From Bugula neritina (Eukaryota; Animalia; Bryozoa), in NCBI GenBank assembly GCA_964035545.1, contig OZ037766.1, forward strand, positions 5,570,722-5,634,721: a DNA stretch of 64,000 bases, read 5' to 3'. Both the position numbers and the translations under genes were made by a program. A model generated the notes under the pieces. That model did not search any database, had not been told where the DNA came from, and worked only from the letters and a program-made list of their open reading frames with translations. Below, in pieces: positions 12,334 to 27,077 of this stretch (positions within the stretch are counted from its first letter, which is position 1; every line of letters begins with the position of its first letter).

Positions 12334-15300
12334 ATGACTTCTAACGGATCAAATGCTCCAGATGCATTCTCTTGGAAATTTGGTTTTGCCAACCAAAAAG
12401 GAAAGTATCTGACAGCAGAAAAGTTTGGTAACAAACTAAACGCCAGTGGAGCAGCTTTGAAGGCCAAACAGGTACTCGTTTTGATACTAAACAGAAACTA
12501 CAAGAAATAATCTTAAATAATTTTAGCTCATCAGATTTAATCATTTATGTATTTGATTTACTATTTAGTATTTTTTCATAGACTTCTTCTTAGAGAATAT
12601 AGAAGTGTATCACTGTATAATTTATTAGGCCCAATTATACTTAATCAAAATGCTTATTTATTGATATTATATTTACTGTACAGTTCAAGTTTTTTTATTC
12701 TAAGTAGGTAAATATTAGAATTATACTTATTATTATAGTTTGAAGTAATGGTTCTACTTCTGACAATCAAGATTAAGATTACTGATTAGTGATTAGTTTA
12801 AGATTTAGATATGCTTCATATTTATATTCATTTCTTTGATGTTATAGCTGGAAATGTACATGGCTACATTGATTAAATTGAGGTGTTTTTTGTTCACCAT
12901 CATTTCACCATGCCATGATATTAATATGAATGACATATTTTGTTATTAATTATTCAGAGTTATACTTGTAGTTGTTTATTTATGCTACAACTAGTCATAC
13001 TCACTCTGGTATAACTAATACTATTGGTCCTACTACTTGTGGTAAATTATAACATGTTTTAAAAATAAAGGAAATTAAATTATTTCAGCTTTTTAAATAC
13101 ATTTCACTATAGTAATTACTCCTTGGTTTCTCTATGGCCATATATTTTCATTTATCCATCTGGTCATAATTATCATATATGCAAAATTATATTTACATCT
13201 ACTAGTACTATAGTAACACTGTAAACTACAGTATTCTACTGGTAACCCCTTCATAGAGTGTAAACAATTCCTACTAATAAATTCATACATGACTTGTATT
13301 TAACTTTTGTAGTCATTATCATAATAATCAATGGCAATTCTAAGTAATTAGTGGATCAAAATAAAACTAGTAAGCTCGTGGAAAACTAGTAGATACACCT
13401 GTGGTGCTGTAACACTAACTAGCTAAAGCTATTTATTATAATATTACTTGAATATAATTGTCTCAGTGCATAACTACATCTTGTATCTAGATTATTGATG
13501 CAAGCTGCTTAATTCCAGCTATACTAACTAATTAATAAACTTCAGATTCCATCTCCACTCATTGCCTTTCAATAGGACTTGCTTAGACAAAGAGAACCAG
13601 ACAAGTTCTCTAGCACCTTTTGTCACGGGCACACCACAGCTCTCTTTGACTCATTTGAACTACAATTATGAAGTTTATGTTTACTTGTTTATGGTTAATA
13701 GCAAACATTGATCATTGAGGAAAAGGATGATACATATTTGTGGTCAGCACAGATTATAAGTATTACTGTCTAATTGACCTTGCAACACCTCACAATCCGC
13801 ATGGTTATGGTTATATCTCAAGGTTTTAAAAATAATCAGAATAGTGTCTGTTTCCCAACTGCTTTGTCTGCTTGAGTTTTAATTTGTGATGGTGAACTGT
13901 CATTGGAATCTTGCTGGTGGAATATCCACATATTTTTCTCTCAATGTAGCCATGTTTTTTTACAAGTTTGTCCTGTAATCTGTAAAATATGGATAATAAT
14001 TACTGCTTCTAATCTAAGGTTGATCCTTGTTCCTGTAGTACAAAAGCAGGTGTTACATCTTTACACACCCTAGCCATATTGAAATAGCTACAAATAGAAT
14101 TATTAACTGTTCTACTTGAGGGACACCCTGATAGACAGACACTCTGATAGACAAAATTATTATTCTATAGTAATTAGTTTAACTATTTCTTAGAAGTTAA
14201 TGGCTAGCAATCAACTCAAGTCCCATAGTTAACAAAATCTCAGTTGAGCTGATCTAATAACACAATTCGATAGTAGTCAATACTAAAATTCCGAATAAAC
14301 TTCAACATTTCTCAATTTCTAGTTACTTCTTGTAACAAACACACTTGCATTGAAGACTGTGAATTAACCCAATAAAAGAGATTAATTCGACATTCATGAA
14401 TTATTTTAATAAGATTAACATCTGTTGGGGGCTTTCTATTTCACTAGGGAATAAAGTAGCAACACTGCGACTGTGACTAGTCAATATTATTATTTTATTC
14501 TTGCTTTTTAGTTCTCTTTGTTTTGCTGCTGTGCTGGCAGTGAGATGTAATGTATAACCACTGTTTAGTGTGTTGCCTTGTCTTTGTGGTTGTCTCGGCT
14601 ATTGACTAGTTGATTGATGGTGATGCAGGCAACAGATGTTGGCTGGTGGAGCCATCTCATCTCCTTTGAACACGAATATTGAGTTCTTTTTAGTTGTTTT
14701 GACAGCTAATTTCTTCACTCCTAATTACCCAGCAGATGTAGATGAAACTATTTGAGATTATACCATCTTTTAGTTTTAACTATTACTTAGTATTAGCCAA
14801 CTTGTGCGTGTTTAGACAAAGCTATTCCATATTTGTCAGGTCTGGGTGCTGGAACATGGAAAAGCTGCAGATGAAGTATACATCAAGTCGAGTCAAAAGC
14901 GATATCTGGCTACAGATAAGTATGGTAACCTCACGTGCAACAGTGAAGAGCCCGGAGAGGCTGAGCGATTTCTGCTAGAGTACAATGATCAAGGACAATG
15001 GGCATTCAAGAGCGTACCTTTCAACTGCTACATGTACGGTGAGGAGGACAGCATGCACTGCAAGAGCAAGAACCCTGAATGGTGGCATATCCAGCTTGCC
15101 ATACACCCCCAGGTCAACCTCTACAACACCAACAGAAAGAGATATTGTCACTTGGAAACGCCCAAAGTCGCTGACGAGCAGCCACAGGAAGTGCACGGCT
15201 GTCAGCTGATACCTTGGGGAAGTCAAGCCATGATCACCCTCGACTATATTGACAATAAGTATGCTATCAAGATGTGTGATGGCAGATATCTGCATCCTGA

Positions 15301-18300
15301 CGGAAGTCTCCAGGCCTCATCCGATGGTGCTTTGTACACTCTGCAAGTCAAATCTGGAGGCATAGCATTCCGATCTAGCGATGGCAGATTTTTAACTAAC
15401 ATTGGATCTACAGCAACTCTCAAGGCTCGAAACAGCAAAGTGACCAAGGACGAACTTTTCCTGATCAAAGACAGTCAACCCCAAGTCAAACTGACTGGCA
15501 GCAATGGTAAACGTGTCTCCATTATGCAAGGTCAGTTTTCATTTATGCAACTTTTCTCTTTGTTTAGCACTGGTTGCCTTTAATTAAACTGACATTCAAC
15601 TCAATCTAAAACTGATTTGCATCACTAATTTTGCCGATGCACCTTCTTCAGGTATTGATGTAAGTTCCAATCAAGATGACGAAGAGTTGAGTGAAAAAGA
15701 TATTTTCCAGTTAGAGTTTGATAATGCAACAAAGAAGTGGAAGTTTTTGGCGTCAAATGGAAAGTATTGGGTTATGCAAGGAAGTGGAGTCCAGGCTAAT
15801 GGGGAAGGAAGGTAAACATTGCTTAAGTTTCAGTCTCTTCTCTCTGAGTAATGATAATTATAGCTACTCAATGATACAAAACCGTGAGTCAGTGAGTGAA
15901 ATTATTGATTAGTTGAATGAATCAATCTTCATTTCATTACTAGTCGTAATATGATTCAGCTTCAATTAGTACTATGCAGACTTTCCTAGCTGTATGCAAA
16001 TAATATGCCATGATCAAATACTCTTTACTAAACTTGACTTTCAATCAATACAGTAGCTGGGTTTAAGCATAGTATAAACATACAACCACTTCACTGGCTT
16101 GAGAACCAAGTCAAACATTCTACATGACTAAGCTAAAGAAAATATTCAGCAAATAACCCTTTCCCAATGACAAAATGATAGTTGCACCAACTATTTCATC
16201 TTCCGGTTACAATCATAACCTAGTTTATGTGTGCTAGATGACTGGCGAGAGGTCTATTTAATAATTGAGGATAACTAGTAATGGCTTGTGAATCACACTC
16301 GACCTAATAAAAAATACTGGTCTATTTTTAATGCTTTGTTGTTTCTGCAGTGAAGCAATGGCCAAGGGCCCTTCTAGGGGTTCGGGGTAAGTACATAACT
16401 GTTGATGTATTTTCGTTGTCAACATAATGATATCATTTCAATTTCACACTAGCTTCTATATTTATAGCAGCAGTTCACAGCGCTTTTGCTTCTAACCATT
16501 TGATCCCAGAACTTCCGAAATAATCCTGTCCCTAACATTTGTGTATGTTTCCATCAATTTATATGATAATGATGGCTGAAAAAATAATTATATAATGAGA
16601 TACACATTACACAAATGGTTACTTGTCACTTCTAGATAAAGCTTGGCTTGATTTATTCAAATTACCCTCAATAGATGTCACAGTGCTTGTTCTTATGTCA
16701 AAAGTCCACTTCAACGAAACTGAAGTTTACTGGATTCGTCTTCTCAGCTATTCAACTTCAAGCTTTTAAATTAATATTCCCTTTATTTACTTTTGCTATA
16801 CCACCCCTCCGACATTTCTACTGGTGGGCTTCTACATGGTTTTCATGCTATGCTTAGCTTTCTTTTAACTGGCTACAAGTTGCCTTTAAAATGATATAAT
16901 GGTTTCAACACAGAGTTCTGCCAGACATTTACACTCTTGGCTTCAACCACATGAATGTGTATGACTGAACAAGTTTGGCTGATAATAATGCCTGCATAAT
17001 ACACACTAGCATATTATACTTGTATGGCAGGTCATGGCAATGGCTCATGATACCCTCATTTGCCTAAAATTCTACTTGTCCAGTTTCATTGCCACTGAGC
17101 CTAGCTATGCTCCACTCGCAGTGAATTAATGTGTTTAAATCTAATTTTATTAATTTATTTGTTCACAAACTCACTTCAAATCATTTCCCAGTATGCAAAA
17201 TAACACTCTTCGCCTGGCTCAAATGTTTCTTGGTGTTTTACTCACCACGTGGGCTTGAAATACACTAATGACTGGATCTTTGTAGTGCTGAGGCCAGCTT
17301 GTTTGAAGTGGAACAGTTGGCCAATAGCTGCGTTGCTTTGAAGGCACCAAATGGAAAGTATGTTACCATCAAAATGACTGGTGCACTCAACTGTAGTAGT
17401 GATAGCTGTGGAGATAAAGAGAAATTCAAGGTTTGTCTCTGTTAGAATTTGATAAAAATTTAGTGGCATAGATTTTTGAAAATTTGTAATAGAGAAAAAG
17501 TGATTCAAAAATACACAAACTGTTGAAACTCAATGTTAATGTGCCCTTGAAATGTTGGTTCAATCTACTAGCAGCTTGTTCTGTTCGATAGTGTTCTTAG
17601 GGTACCATACTGAAACGTTTTCTATTTTCTGTTGCTGTAAACACATACTATATAATATAAAACTATTGAATAGTTACCAATATATTTTAGATGACCATTC
17701 TAAACCGGCCCCTTATAATCCTAAAAGGAGAGTTTGGATTTCTGGGTTTGAAGAATGGCAAGATTGAGGCAAACAGACCCACATACGATGCCTTTGAACT
17801 CATTCAAGCTGAAAATGGACTATACAACCTTAAAGGTCAGCCAGTGAAATCATATATGCTTCCATTGTACATTAATTATGGGAAACTGTGACTACTAACT
17901 GGCCTATTAATTAGTATTTAACTATAATTTGATATTATAATTTCATCCACAAGTCTGACTCATCAAACCAGCAGACTGCTTGTGTTTCTGAGGATGGCAG
18001 CAGCTGTCTTGTAAATAGTAATTAAACTGCTGACACGGCATGTTGATACTGTAAACTGTAAACAAATTTAGTTGTGGATGCCATGACAGCATAATTAGAG
18101 TGTAGCATGACTGTAGAGTGAAGAGCAATAGTGAAACCTTTGCTATACCTAAGTATAAACTTGTAGTTGATTGTTGTTTGTACAGATATCTTAAGTCAGT
18201 TTGTATAATAATAAGCAGGAATTTCTCACTAGTAACTCAACTATGAACTAACATTAATCAACTCCAACTGAGTAAAGTGAAAATACCCTCATAGTTATAA

Positions 18301-20089
18301 TATACATTTATATTAAATGTGAGGGAATACAAATATTTATCTCATGTTTACAACAGATATTGCCAGAAATCATAAAAAATAATTATTTGGAATTGCTGCA
18401 TGTGTTTTGATGAGTGTCAGCTCCCTTATATGGTATTGCAATAATAAATTAGTCATTGAAGTCTAACTTCAAAATAAGAGTAGTTTATTGCGGAATGTAA
18501 CAATATACATGTGAAGAGATCAAGTTTAAACAGGAAAACCATCATGTGATAGCCATAATTTAATTCAAATAAAATGTTATCAAGATATTTGGCAATGAAT
18601 TGAAATAGCAATGTTGTGTCCTAATGATAATCCAACTGGCCAAGGGTATGCAATGCAGATATCACCACTTACAGCTCGTGTCTTCTCAACCATTACACTA
18701 TATATTTATTTTTTATGTTGATAATGATTTCACAGAACACATTTTTTTTAATTTGACTTGTTGGTGATTTGATGCTTGCAATACTTGGTTGACACTTTGC
18801 TACTTGGAGCCAGGAAAATCTGCCAGGGCTCAGGGCTTCTAAATAAATATAATAGTTAAAAGCTGACATCAATTCACTTGAAGCTAATTGATGTAAACTA
18901 GTACATTAATGCTAATGGCTTGTCTATCTACAGCCAAGAGTACTGTGACCCTGTTGCTTTGACATTTTGGAGTTTAGAGGGAATTGGGAGATAAATTCGC
19001 TTGAAAGTATCCCACAAGTTAACAAGTTGTGCAGCTAAATTGAATTAATAACTTCATTACCTTTAAGTTGTATGTTTTCAAGTTAATTCACAAAACCAGC
19101 TCTGGCTGGGCTATATTAGTGCTCTGGTTGCAGTGAAACTGTAGCCAAATTCTTAAATTTCAAATATTAGTCTCTTTAAAAATGGCTAATTTGATTTTTA
19201 GAATGTTGCTTTTGAAAATGAACATTTGGTGGTACTCTAATGTAGTGTACCTAGAGTCTAAATAGTGAAAAGCCTTACTGCTTTTACAGGATCCAATGGG
19301 AAATACTGGAGCTCTGACGGAGGCCAAGTGTTGTGTGTCGGAGAGGCTGGCGAAGCAACTGGATTTCAGCTGGAGTTGTTGGGAAACTCCAGAGTGGGCT
19401 TAAAGACTACAGAGGGGAAGTACCTTAGAGGAGAAAATAATGGCGTACTAACGGCCTCTGGGGATGAGGTAATTGAATACATTTTTTGTTCATTTAGCAT
19501 CGTCCATCTTTCACCATTTCAACTAACTACCACCATGTTATTTTGCAGTAATATGTGTATAATATTATAAATATGCAGTGATGAAGCTGCACATATGCAT
19601 ACTTGTATCCTAATGGTAGAAATACCACAATAGCTCTGCTAATGATCAAGTGTTACAATATGGTGGACAGGAAGTCTAATCTTGATTATGAAAGTTTCAT
19701 TCCCCCCTCCTGCTATCCTTGGTAAACTATACCAAACAGTACACTCTGCTATCTCTCCCTACACTATTACTGTCTTTCCAATATCGATTATTGTGTGATT
19801 TGAATGTATCATACTATCATTGGGAACAGTTTAATGTAATAAAAACTCAAGCCTTTCTAGCTGTGTGCACTGATTTGAATAATGATGGCAGGTCATTCCA
19901 TCAGCCGTGCTTATATACGAGAAACTAAATGGCAATGTACAGATATGTCATAAATCTACCCCTCCAGCCACTCACACATCTTGTATGTTGTACTTCCTAC
20001 TGGTTGAATACTGCTTAGTAGTCTTAAATTTTGTGACGTCGGCCATCTTGCTTTTACAGATCAAGAATGACACCAAGTACGAGTTCTAG
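12334..20089 (+). CDS. FSCN: Fascin (singed-like actin-bundling protein, four beta-trefoils), ~495 aa
   Basis: Exons 12334-12471, 14840-15530, 15652-15811, 17286-17430, 17691-17835, 19290-19468, 20060-20089; 1488 nt. Motifs KYLTAEKFGNKLNASG..LK.KQVW, LAIHPQVNL, PWG, KDELF..DSQPQV...NGK.VS..QGIDVSSNQ, NRP.I.LKGEFGF, C-terminal EF. Confidence 0.93.
16351..16386 (+). CDS. Candidate 36-nt in-frame cassette microexon of fascin
   Basis: Acceptor tttttaatgctttgttgtttctgcag and donor gtaagt. Phase 2-2 matches the flanking exons; no stop; adds EAMAKGPSRGSG. Confidence 0.6.
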
Positions 20090-21286
20090 AATCCGACTAC
20101 TTGCAGTAAGATCTGATCAGACTACATGATTATAATCTATATAGAATGTGAGAGGTAGACGCAGGTGCTATGTATACCACATTCTAACTGATGGCATTGC
20201 TCAGCTTTACAAAAGTCGTTGTATAACTGAATAGTATATACTGTTCTGGCAGACGTCTGCAAATCTAGATTGATGTCAGACATGAAACTCATCAAAAACT
20301 AGTTAGCTATGACTTGGGTGAATAACTTCTACTTTGCTCATCTTGCATATCTTATTTGCATAATTTATACAGTATGTAGTCCCTCAGTACAATTATACAC
20401 ACATATATATTATTTTACTATCATATCAAAGGGAATTATTGTTGTACTAATTACATTAAGATAATATTAATATGAGTTGCTGAATATTTTAGTCTCATGG
20501 GATATGTAGACTAGCTTGTCAACTAATTACTAGTGTCACTACTTTCATTAGAAATTCATAATTAAATAGATGTTGTTGTTTTATTATTTTCTCCATTCCT
20601 GTAAATAGAATCATTGCTAGTTGCTATGACTACTGGGCATGTCATCAATTTAGTTATTAATAGTAAGCCAGTCAACTTTGGTGTGACTCTTCTATACTGT
20701 AACAGATAAAAGCATTGACATAATAAATAAAACATCAGCTATCTTATATAATTCAATTGCCCTTTGAGCTATCACCCCACAATCAACATGGCAGCTTATT
20801 GTTTTGGCAATACAATAACTAATATATTATCATAATTGGTTACCAGCACAATTGTATTATGAACAGAATTCCCAGCTAAACCTTACAAGATATTCAAATT
20901 GGCTGTTGTTTGAAAAGATAAAAGTATGAGCTTTGTTTTTATATTAGTGTAGCTAGATGTTCTATCAATTTGGCATTGATGGCGCAGTAATTTGGCTTTT
21001 TAAACTGGAGTGGGAATAAAGCCGGCATCTAGCATTCTCTGTTAACAGAATAACCACATTATAATATATTCTGTAATACACAGTCAATTTTTTGAAAACT
21101 GCATAACCCTGTTTTAAATGGTGAAATAGTCCGCAATAGCTTGGCGCAGTGATCAATTCTGTTCTTTTCGAGCTTGGGAGTTTTTCAAAGAAATCTTGTA
21201 TGCGGGGATTCCCCAGGATGTGTGTTTGAAGTATGCCGCTGCTGTTGGACTAGTTGGCTAGACAGGTTTTTGCAACTTGTCTAGGC

Positions 21287-21423
21287 GAATTGTTCTATAA
21301 CCAGCTCCGAGTTGGGAGTGACTGAGTGCAGTCGTTTGGGGATAGGTCCCCCAACTTCAAATTTGAGGACCCCAAACTACTGTACTCAATCACCCCAACT
21401 CGGAGCTGCTTATAGAACAATTC
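21287..21423. mobile_element. Small palindromic MITE (copy 1)
   Basis: gaattgttctataaccagctccgagttggg...ccccaactcggagctgcttatagaacaattc, ~55-bp imperfect TIRs; a similar copy lies at 37608-37756. Confidence 0.8.
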
Positions 21424-22403
21424 TGTTAGACCTGTGTACTGTGTAGGGCCACATAAATTAAGGCCGGCAACTGACTCTGGAATTTGCCATGGACAGCCCT
21501 AGTCTCCACCTTATGAACATTAAACAACTCTGCTTCTCTTCAGGTATTTGATTCGACTCAAGCCAATCTCATCTGCAGATTTCAATGGCGGAGTTTTAAT
21601 TTGAACAAAAGTTGATGATTATGAGAACATAACTTCTCATTTCAAACACTTAATTTTTTGGCCAAGAATGTATTTGCTGAAACTTGGATTTGGAAAATGT
21701 CTAATTCTGACTCGCATTATTCAATATTTTGGTGCAAGTGTATTACAGTAAGTTTACTTGGTCAAACAAAGCTCAGATTCAGGATTGTCCTCTCTTGGCA
21801 ACAGATGCACATTTAAATAAATACAATATTTATAATATGAATTTTTTTATATAATACCACGAAAGACCAATAACATAATGAAATATATACAGTTTACATA
21901 ATTGATATATATTCATTTATTGTTATATTGCATTATGTATTTAATGTAAATAGAAATACCTAATGTAGGTGATGATAGCAATCATTTTATATATTACTTA
22001 GCTTTGCTTATAGGAACAAATGATGAGGCTGATGGCGAATGAGAAATTTATTTAAACACTAGATTGATAAAATAAAATTATGATGTGTTTAACTAGTATT
22101 TTGCTTTCATATCGGCTGCTGAAACAGCAAGCTGTCTTTTTTAATAATTGGGTAAACTTGATTCGCGCATGTTTTTGTGAGTCAATAACTATATTTATTT
22201 ATCGTGTATGTTGACTTTAAAATTGAGAAAATAAATAAACATTTCAATAAAATTATAAAAACACAATGAGAAAACAACTTTGGTTATTTCTAGCAGTCAA
22301 ATTCCAGTCCATAACTTCCTCTATTCACATACTTGCAGCATGTTGTGATTCAAACAGATAGAAAAACACTTGTACACTCCAAACAATCTACTGACTCCAA
22401 CCA

Positions 22404-24622
22404 TCAGTGAGCTTTTTGAGCAAAACCTGGTAGAGGTAAACTCATGCCCTCTTTAGCCTCAAAGAAAGTATAGGATAACATAATCTCGTCTATCTTCACC
22501 AGCTGAGCGTCTGTCGTGTACTCCGGGTCAATGTAGAAAAAGACGGGCATATCCACTTCCTCGTGTGGGTTCAGAATTTGCTCTTCGAAGCAGAAACACT
22601 ACATTAAATAAAATAAAGGTAAACATTTCAAATATGTATATAAAGAGGCTAAGTTTTATTGTAAATATATACCAAAACTACACTTTCCTGTTAAATAAAC
22701 ATTTAGTTCAACTAAATTATCAACTACTATGTTTCTGGACAATTATGGCCTGGTGATTACAAATTCAGTGAAACCTACTTTATGTTATAACAACTTCTGT
22801 TGACAAATAAAGAGGCGATATTGTGCTTGACACCAAAGCACAAACATCTGAGTGTTGCTTGATTTATATAGGAAAATGATAGCAGTAATTCAACAAGTTA
22901 GAAGTTTTGTAAAAAATATGATTTATCAGCCAGAGGAAGGCGATTGAGTGAGATTAAACAGACTTGTGAATGTTACAATAATCGCATTTGACATAATATA
23001 ATGCAATAATAATTGCCTAAACTATGCTAGCTATTACAACTCTTGTTGATTGTTATCTACATTTTCCCAATTGAAAAAACACTCCTGAAAACTGACTGTA
23101 CACTTAAATGCATACTTTGCATTTGTGACGAAAATATTTGTGACAAATAGTCAATAAATGTATAATTATTGCACTAGCTATTCGAAAAATACCAACTAGG
23201 TTATACTAATGCATTCTTCAACAGAGGTGTACATAGAATTGTGGGAAGAAATAGAGGGATAGACATAGGCACCTGTATCTTGTTGAAATATTGACCGGCA
23301 TTGTATGGTATTACAGTGTACGTAGATATGCCTATTATGGGCTTGTCTGTAGGATTTTTTGCGGTATAGAACGCTAAAGCGGTTTCACCAGGTAGAACCT
23401 ACCAATATATTCAAAGTGCAATAAACGGAACATGAAATGCTAATAGCAATATACACATATCACTCATATACTGTCCAAACATTATATATACAGATGTATA
23501 ACAGCTATATTATCGCTAAATGATATTTATTTTAATATAAGTATACAACAAGGAAATTTTAATCAGAATAATCACATCTTAAAACTGATGAGTTTAATTT
23601 TCCGCTTCTAATAATTGAATATTTGGAGTTGATTGAACAAAAGACTATAATGCAGAAACTACATGAGCAGTTTACTAGCCAATACAACGTCTGCAAACGA
23701 CTAACTTATAAGTAATGCTGAGAAACAAACCCTGATTTCAGGCTGTTGAGGCCTAAAGTTCCACTGCATGCTTGAGGCGACATCTGCGTTAAATCTAACA
23801 GTGAGGACTCTATCAGTCACCACCCCCATTTCAGCTATTTTTCCAGTAGTGTCGTGTGCAGCTGTTGTCTGACCACCCAAACCTGTAGTCTGCATTGACC
23901 AAATAAATGAGTTTTCATGTGCTATGAAGTGGTGTTATATAAATCAAACCATCTCTCACGATTTTTCTCTATAAGACTATGAGCTATCGTTTCACCTTGA
24001 ATAACATGCAATAACTTGAGCTGAATCTTTGAGAAATTAGGAAGAAAGCAAGCTACACCCACTCTTTAAAATAATTATATTAGGTTTACTAATTGCCTCC
24101 TCCATGGCTAAAAGATAAAATAACTTCTAAAACCGTAAAATATTTATTGTTGAGCAATGAGTAGCTTAATTGTTTCATTAAACATTAGTTGGAAAGATTT
24201 TGAGAAATAAATATGAATATTTAGTTAATAAAGAAACTTCACTGCAACAATACCAATACTTACTAGCACAAAATTTTAATACAACATATAACTTTGTTAT
24301 ATATCATAATATTTGTTACATTTATTTTATATAACTTTGCTATATACAATACATATATTGATTATGAAGAACTTACTGCACAGAACATGCGATAGAGTGG
24401 TACACCAGCATAGGCAGTTCCTAGCATTGAGATTCCCATTGCTGCGATATACATAACAACGCTAGTGTGGTTTCTACTGAACTTGCTATGCACATTGCTG
24501 CTTGCAGAGCTGTATCTCACATTGGGTACACGAGGAAAATTTGCCATCTGCTTGTGACATACTTTGCACCAAAGATTAGATAGCCTGGCAGTAGAGCGTA
24601 TAGGAAAAACTGTTCTCAACAT
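22404..24622 (-). CDS. COX11: Cytochrome c oxidase copper chaperone COX11, ~241 aa
   Basis: Exons 24622-24377, 23889-23731, 23398-23273, 22598-22404, all phase 0. YAGVPLYRMFC, VRFNADV...QWNFRPQQ, PGETALAFY, YFNKIQ|CFCFEEQ (copper-binding CFCF), DMPVFFYIDP, LSYTFFEAK. Confidence 0.96.
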
Positions 24623-25329
24623 CTACAAGCATATAACTTTGAATAGTGAAGAAAAAAAAATTTAATTTGTAAACATTCAAGAGTTTAATTGAAGTTTGAT
24701 TGAAGACCATTACTATTACTGTACTCTATAAATACACGATTACAGTATAAAACTTATGATTTACATGCCCTATAAAGTTCAACCAAGTTAAACATGAATT
24801 CAACATAAAATTGACAGCAGATGATTGTTAATTTTAGTTAATCTCAGTAGCTATAAGTATATGATGAATGATGAAACAAATTCAATTTTAATTAGCATTA
24901 TTATTAATATTTTACCAAATGTAATTATTGTAAAGCTATTAATAATTATTATAATTATGATATCTAAATCCACAAAACTAAATGATTTAAAGTAAAAGTA
25001 AATAACATTTGTTATTTTTACAAAACGATTGATAAAACTATCATGCTAGAAGTATTAGGTAATACTAATGGTGATACTAATAATTATAAATATAATGATA
25101 ATAATGAAATACTATTAATTTACAATGATATCAACAATGATAGCCCTAAATAAAAAACTAATAATTGCAAATAAAATTGAGTCAAAAACTAGGCCAGTCA
25201 AATCACATTAGTGGCTACCTGTCGATAACTGTCAAATTTTTCTTCCCACTAAACCACCCTGCTGGATAGAAGGGGTAGACCACATTTTTAATCATGGGTT
25301 ACATTTATGCACCTATGGTCAGTAAAGAT

Positions 25330-26010
25330 ATATTTAAAAATAATGTGCAGTGGATGCAAAACAGGCCTGCTTAGCCTGTCTGTGGCAAAAGTGCAGTATG
25401 GGACCGTGCTGTGGTTGCTGTGGTTGATCCAATGTTCAAATCTCTAATAGTCCCTGGTAAAAAACTATTGTAATATTTATTTTGGTTGGCAGTGATTGAG
25501 CGTAAAATTCCTTGAGCCTGAGACCTAGTCTGAACCTTTGAAGATGTTTGCTTAACTAGGTGTTCATATGATTCAGTGAGTACCCAGTGGGTATTCTTCT
25601 CCGGCTAAAATTTGGAGAAGCAGACAGATGCATTTATTTCTTCTTCTGGATGCTAGTGGTATTATTCCAAGCTTTTCCATAGTCAAATTCAAATCTATTT
25701 GCCCTTTTAAGCCGCATATAAAACAAACAGCATCTAACTGAACACCTTCTAAGCTGGCAATGTCACTTTTACAAACTGGGTTCCAGACAGCACAAGTATA
25801 TTCGAGATGCGGTAAATTTTTATATGTGAGCAAACGAGCATGCTGTGGCACTGAGTGTAGTGCTCTTCTAATCATTCCAAGGTGTCTCTTTGCTTTTAGA
25901 ACTTTTTCATGAATATGTGTAGCAAACTTACAATCAGACTTAATTAACACTCCGAGGTATTTGGTGCTGTGTACGTGTTTGAGCCCAGAACCATTCAAGG
26001 TGTATTTCGG
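25330..26010 (-). mobile_element. 5'-truncated, degenerate non-LTR retrotransposon (CR1/L2-like ORF2 C-terminus and 3' UTR)
   Basis: ORF 25573-25998 contains KYLGVLI..D.KF..HI, LGMIRR, PHLEY..AVWNP and LEGVQ..A..FI. After an interruption it continues TRSQ...YYNSFLPGTIRDLN, a typical LINE ORF2 terminus. Boundaries approximate. Confidence 0.82.
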
Positions 26011-26123
26011 CTGATCAAATTAAGTCAAGCTCAGACTAAAAGCTTTCAAGTAAAGTTCAAATAAACTTTGGAAAACTAAAATTGAATGAATGACTTGATG
26101 ACACTGATAGTCATAGTGATACT

Positions 26124-26628
26124 CGGGTTACTGTCGGGTTACTGTCGTTTCGTATACCGGTTGTTTCGTACACAAAATGAATAATAAATTAATACACTAA
26201 ATAACCACTTGAATGATATTAGTTTTCTTATCTATTGCAGCCCAGCTCTCTTTTTCTCCCAGCATGTTTTTAAAAATATATATATAATAATTATTAACTA
26301 TGAGCTGCCATCTACTGACAACAAATACAATATCAATATGAATATCTTAGCCAAAAGAGCAGTTCTCTCACCTATCACCTACATATTACAATAATAAATA
26401 AACATGAAATGAAATGTAAAAGTTACTAACACTTGTGAACAGTACTGTTTGACTCATACATCAAATTGAAATATAAATATAAAACTAAAAATATCAATTA
26501 TCATTATGTATTTTTATTTTAGTTTATTTATCATTTATATTGATGTGTAAGAAACGACCTATCAGACGTGTACGAAATGACCTGAAAAAGTGGGTAAGAT
26601 ACGACTCGTGTACGAAATGACCTGCACG
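26124..26628. mobile_element. Non-autonomous TIR element with repeated GTACGAAAYGAC subterminal motifs
   Basis: Left end gtcgtttcgtatacc / gttgtttcgtacac; right end carries inverted gtgtacgaaatgacc twice plus gtaagaaacgacc. Confidence 0.6.
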
Positions 26629-27077
26629 CTGATACTCATAGTCATACTTATACTTATAGTTATACTAAATCTAATGCCGATGGTGATGGTGTTGAGCTAA
26701 TTTCAATTTGAACAAACTTGTAAATAGTAAAATATTTGATCAAGTTAATATATATGATGTCAATTTAAAAGTTGAATTTTTACACATATAATACTACGTG
26801 GTAGCACAGTGTAAAGTTTTAGTATCACCATTACGATTACATAAGTATTTTAATCTATTAAATAATAATGATAGTCATTTACATAATTATAATATTTACA
26901 ATGACCGACTACAACTGGAAGAGGTTTGGCGTCGACTCGCCAGATTTTGTTCTTATCAAGTTGTAGTCGTATTATACATTTATACCACGATAATAGTTTA
27001 GGGGAAAAGTTATGTTGCAGCTTCGCCAATAAATATCTTTTTATACCATTTTCTGTTTTCATTGGGACTAAACTTAC

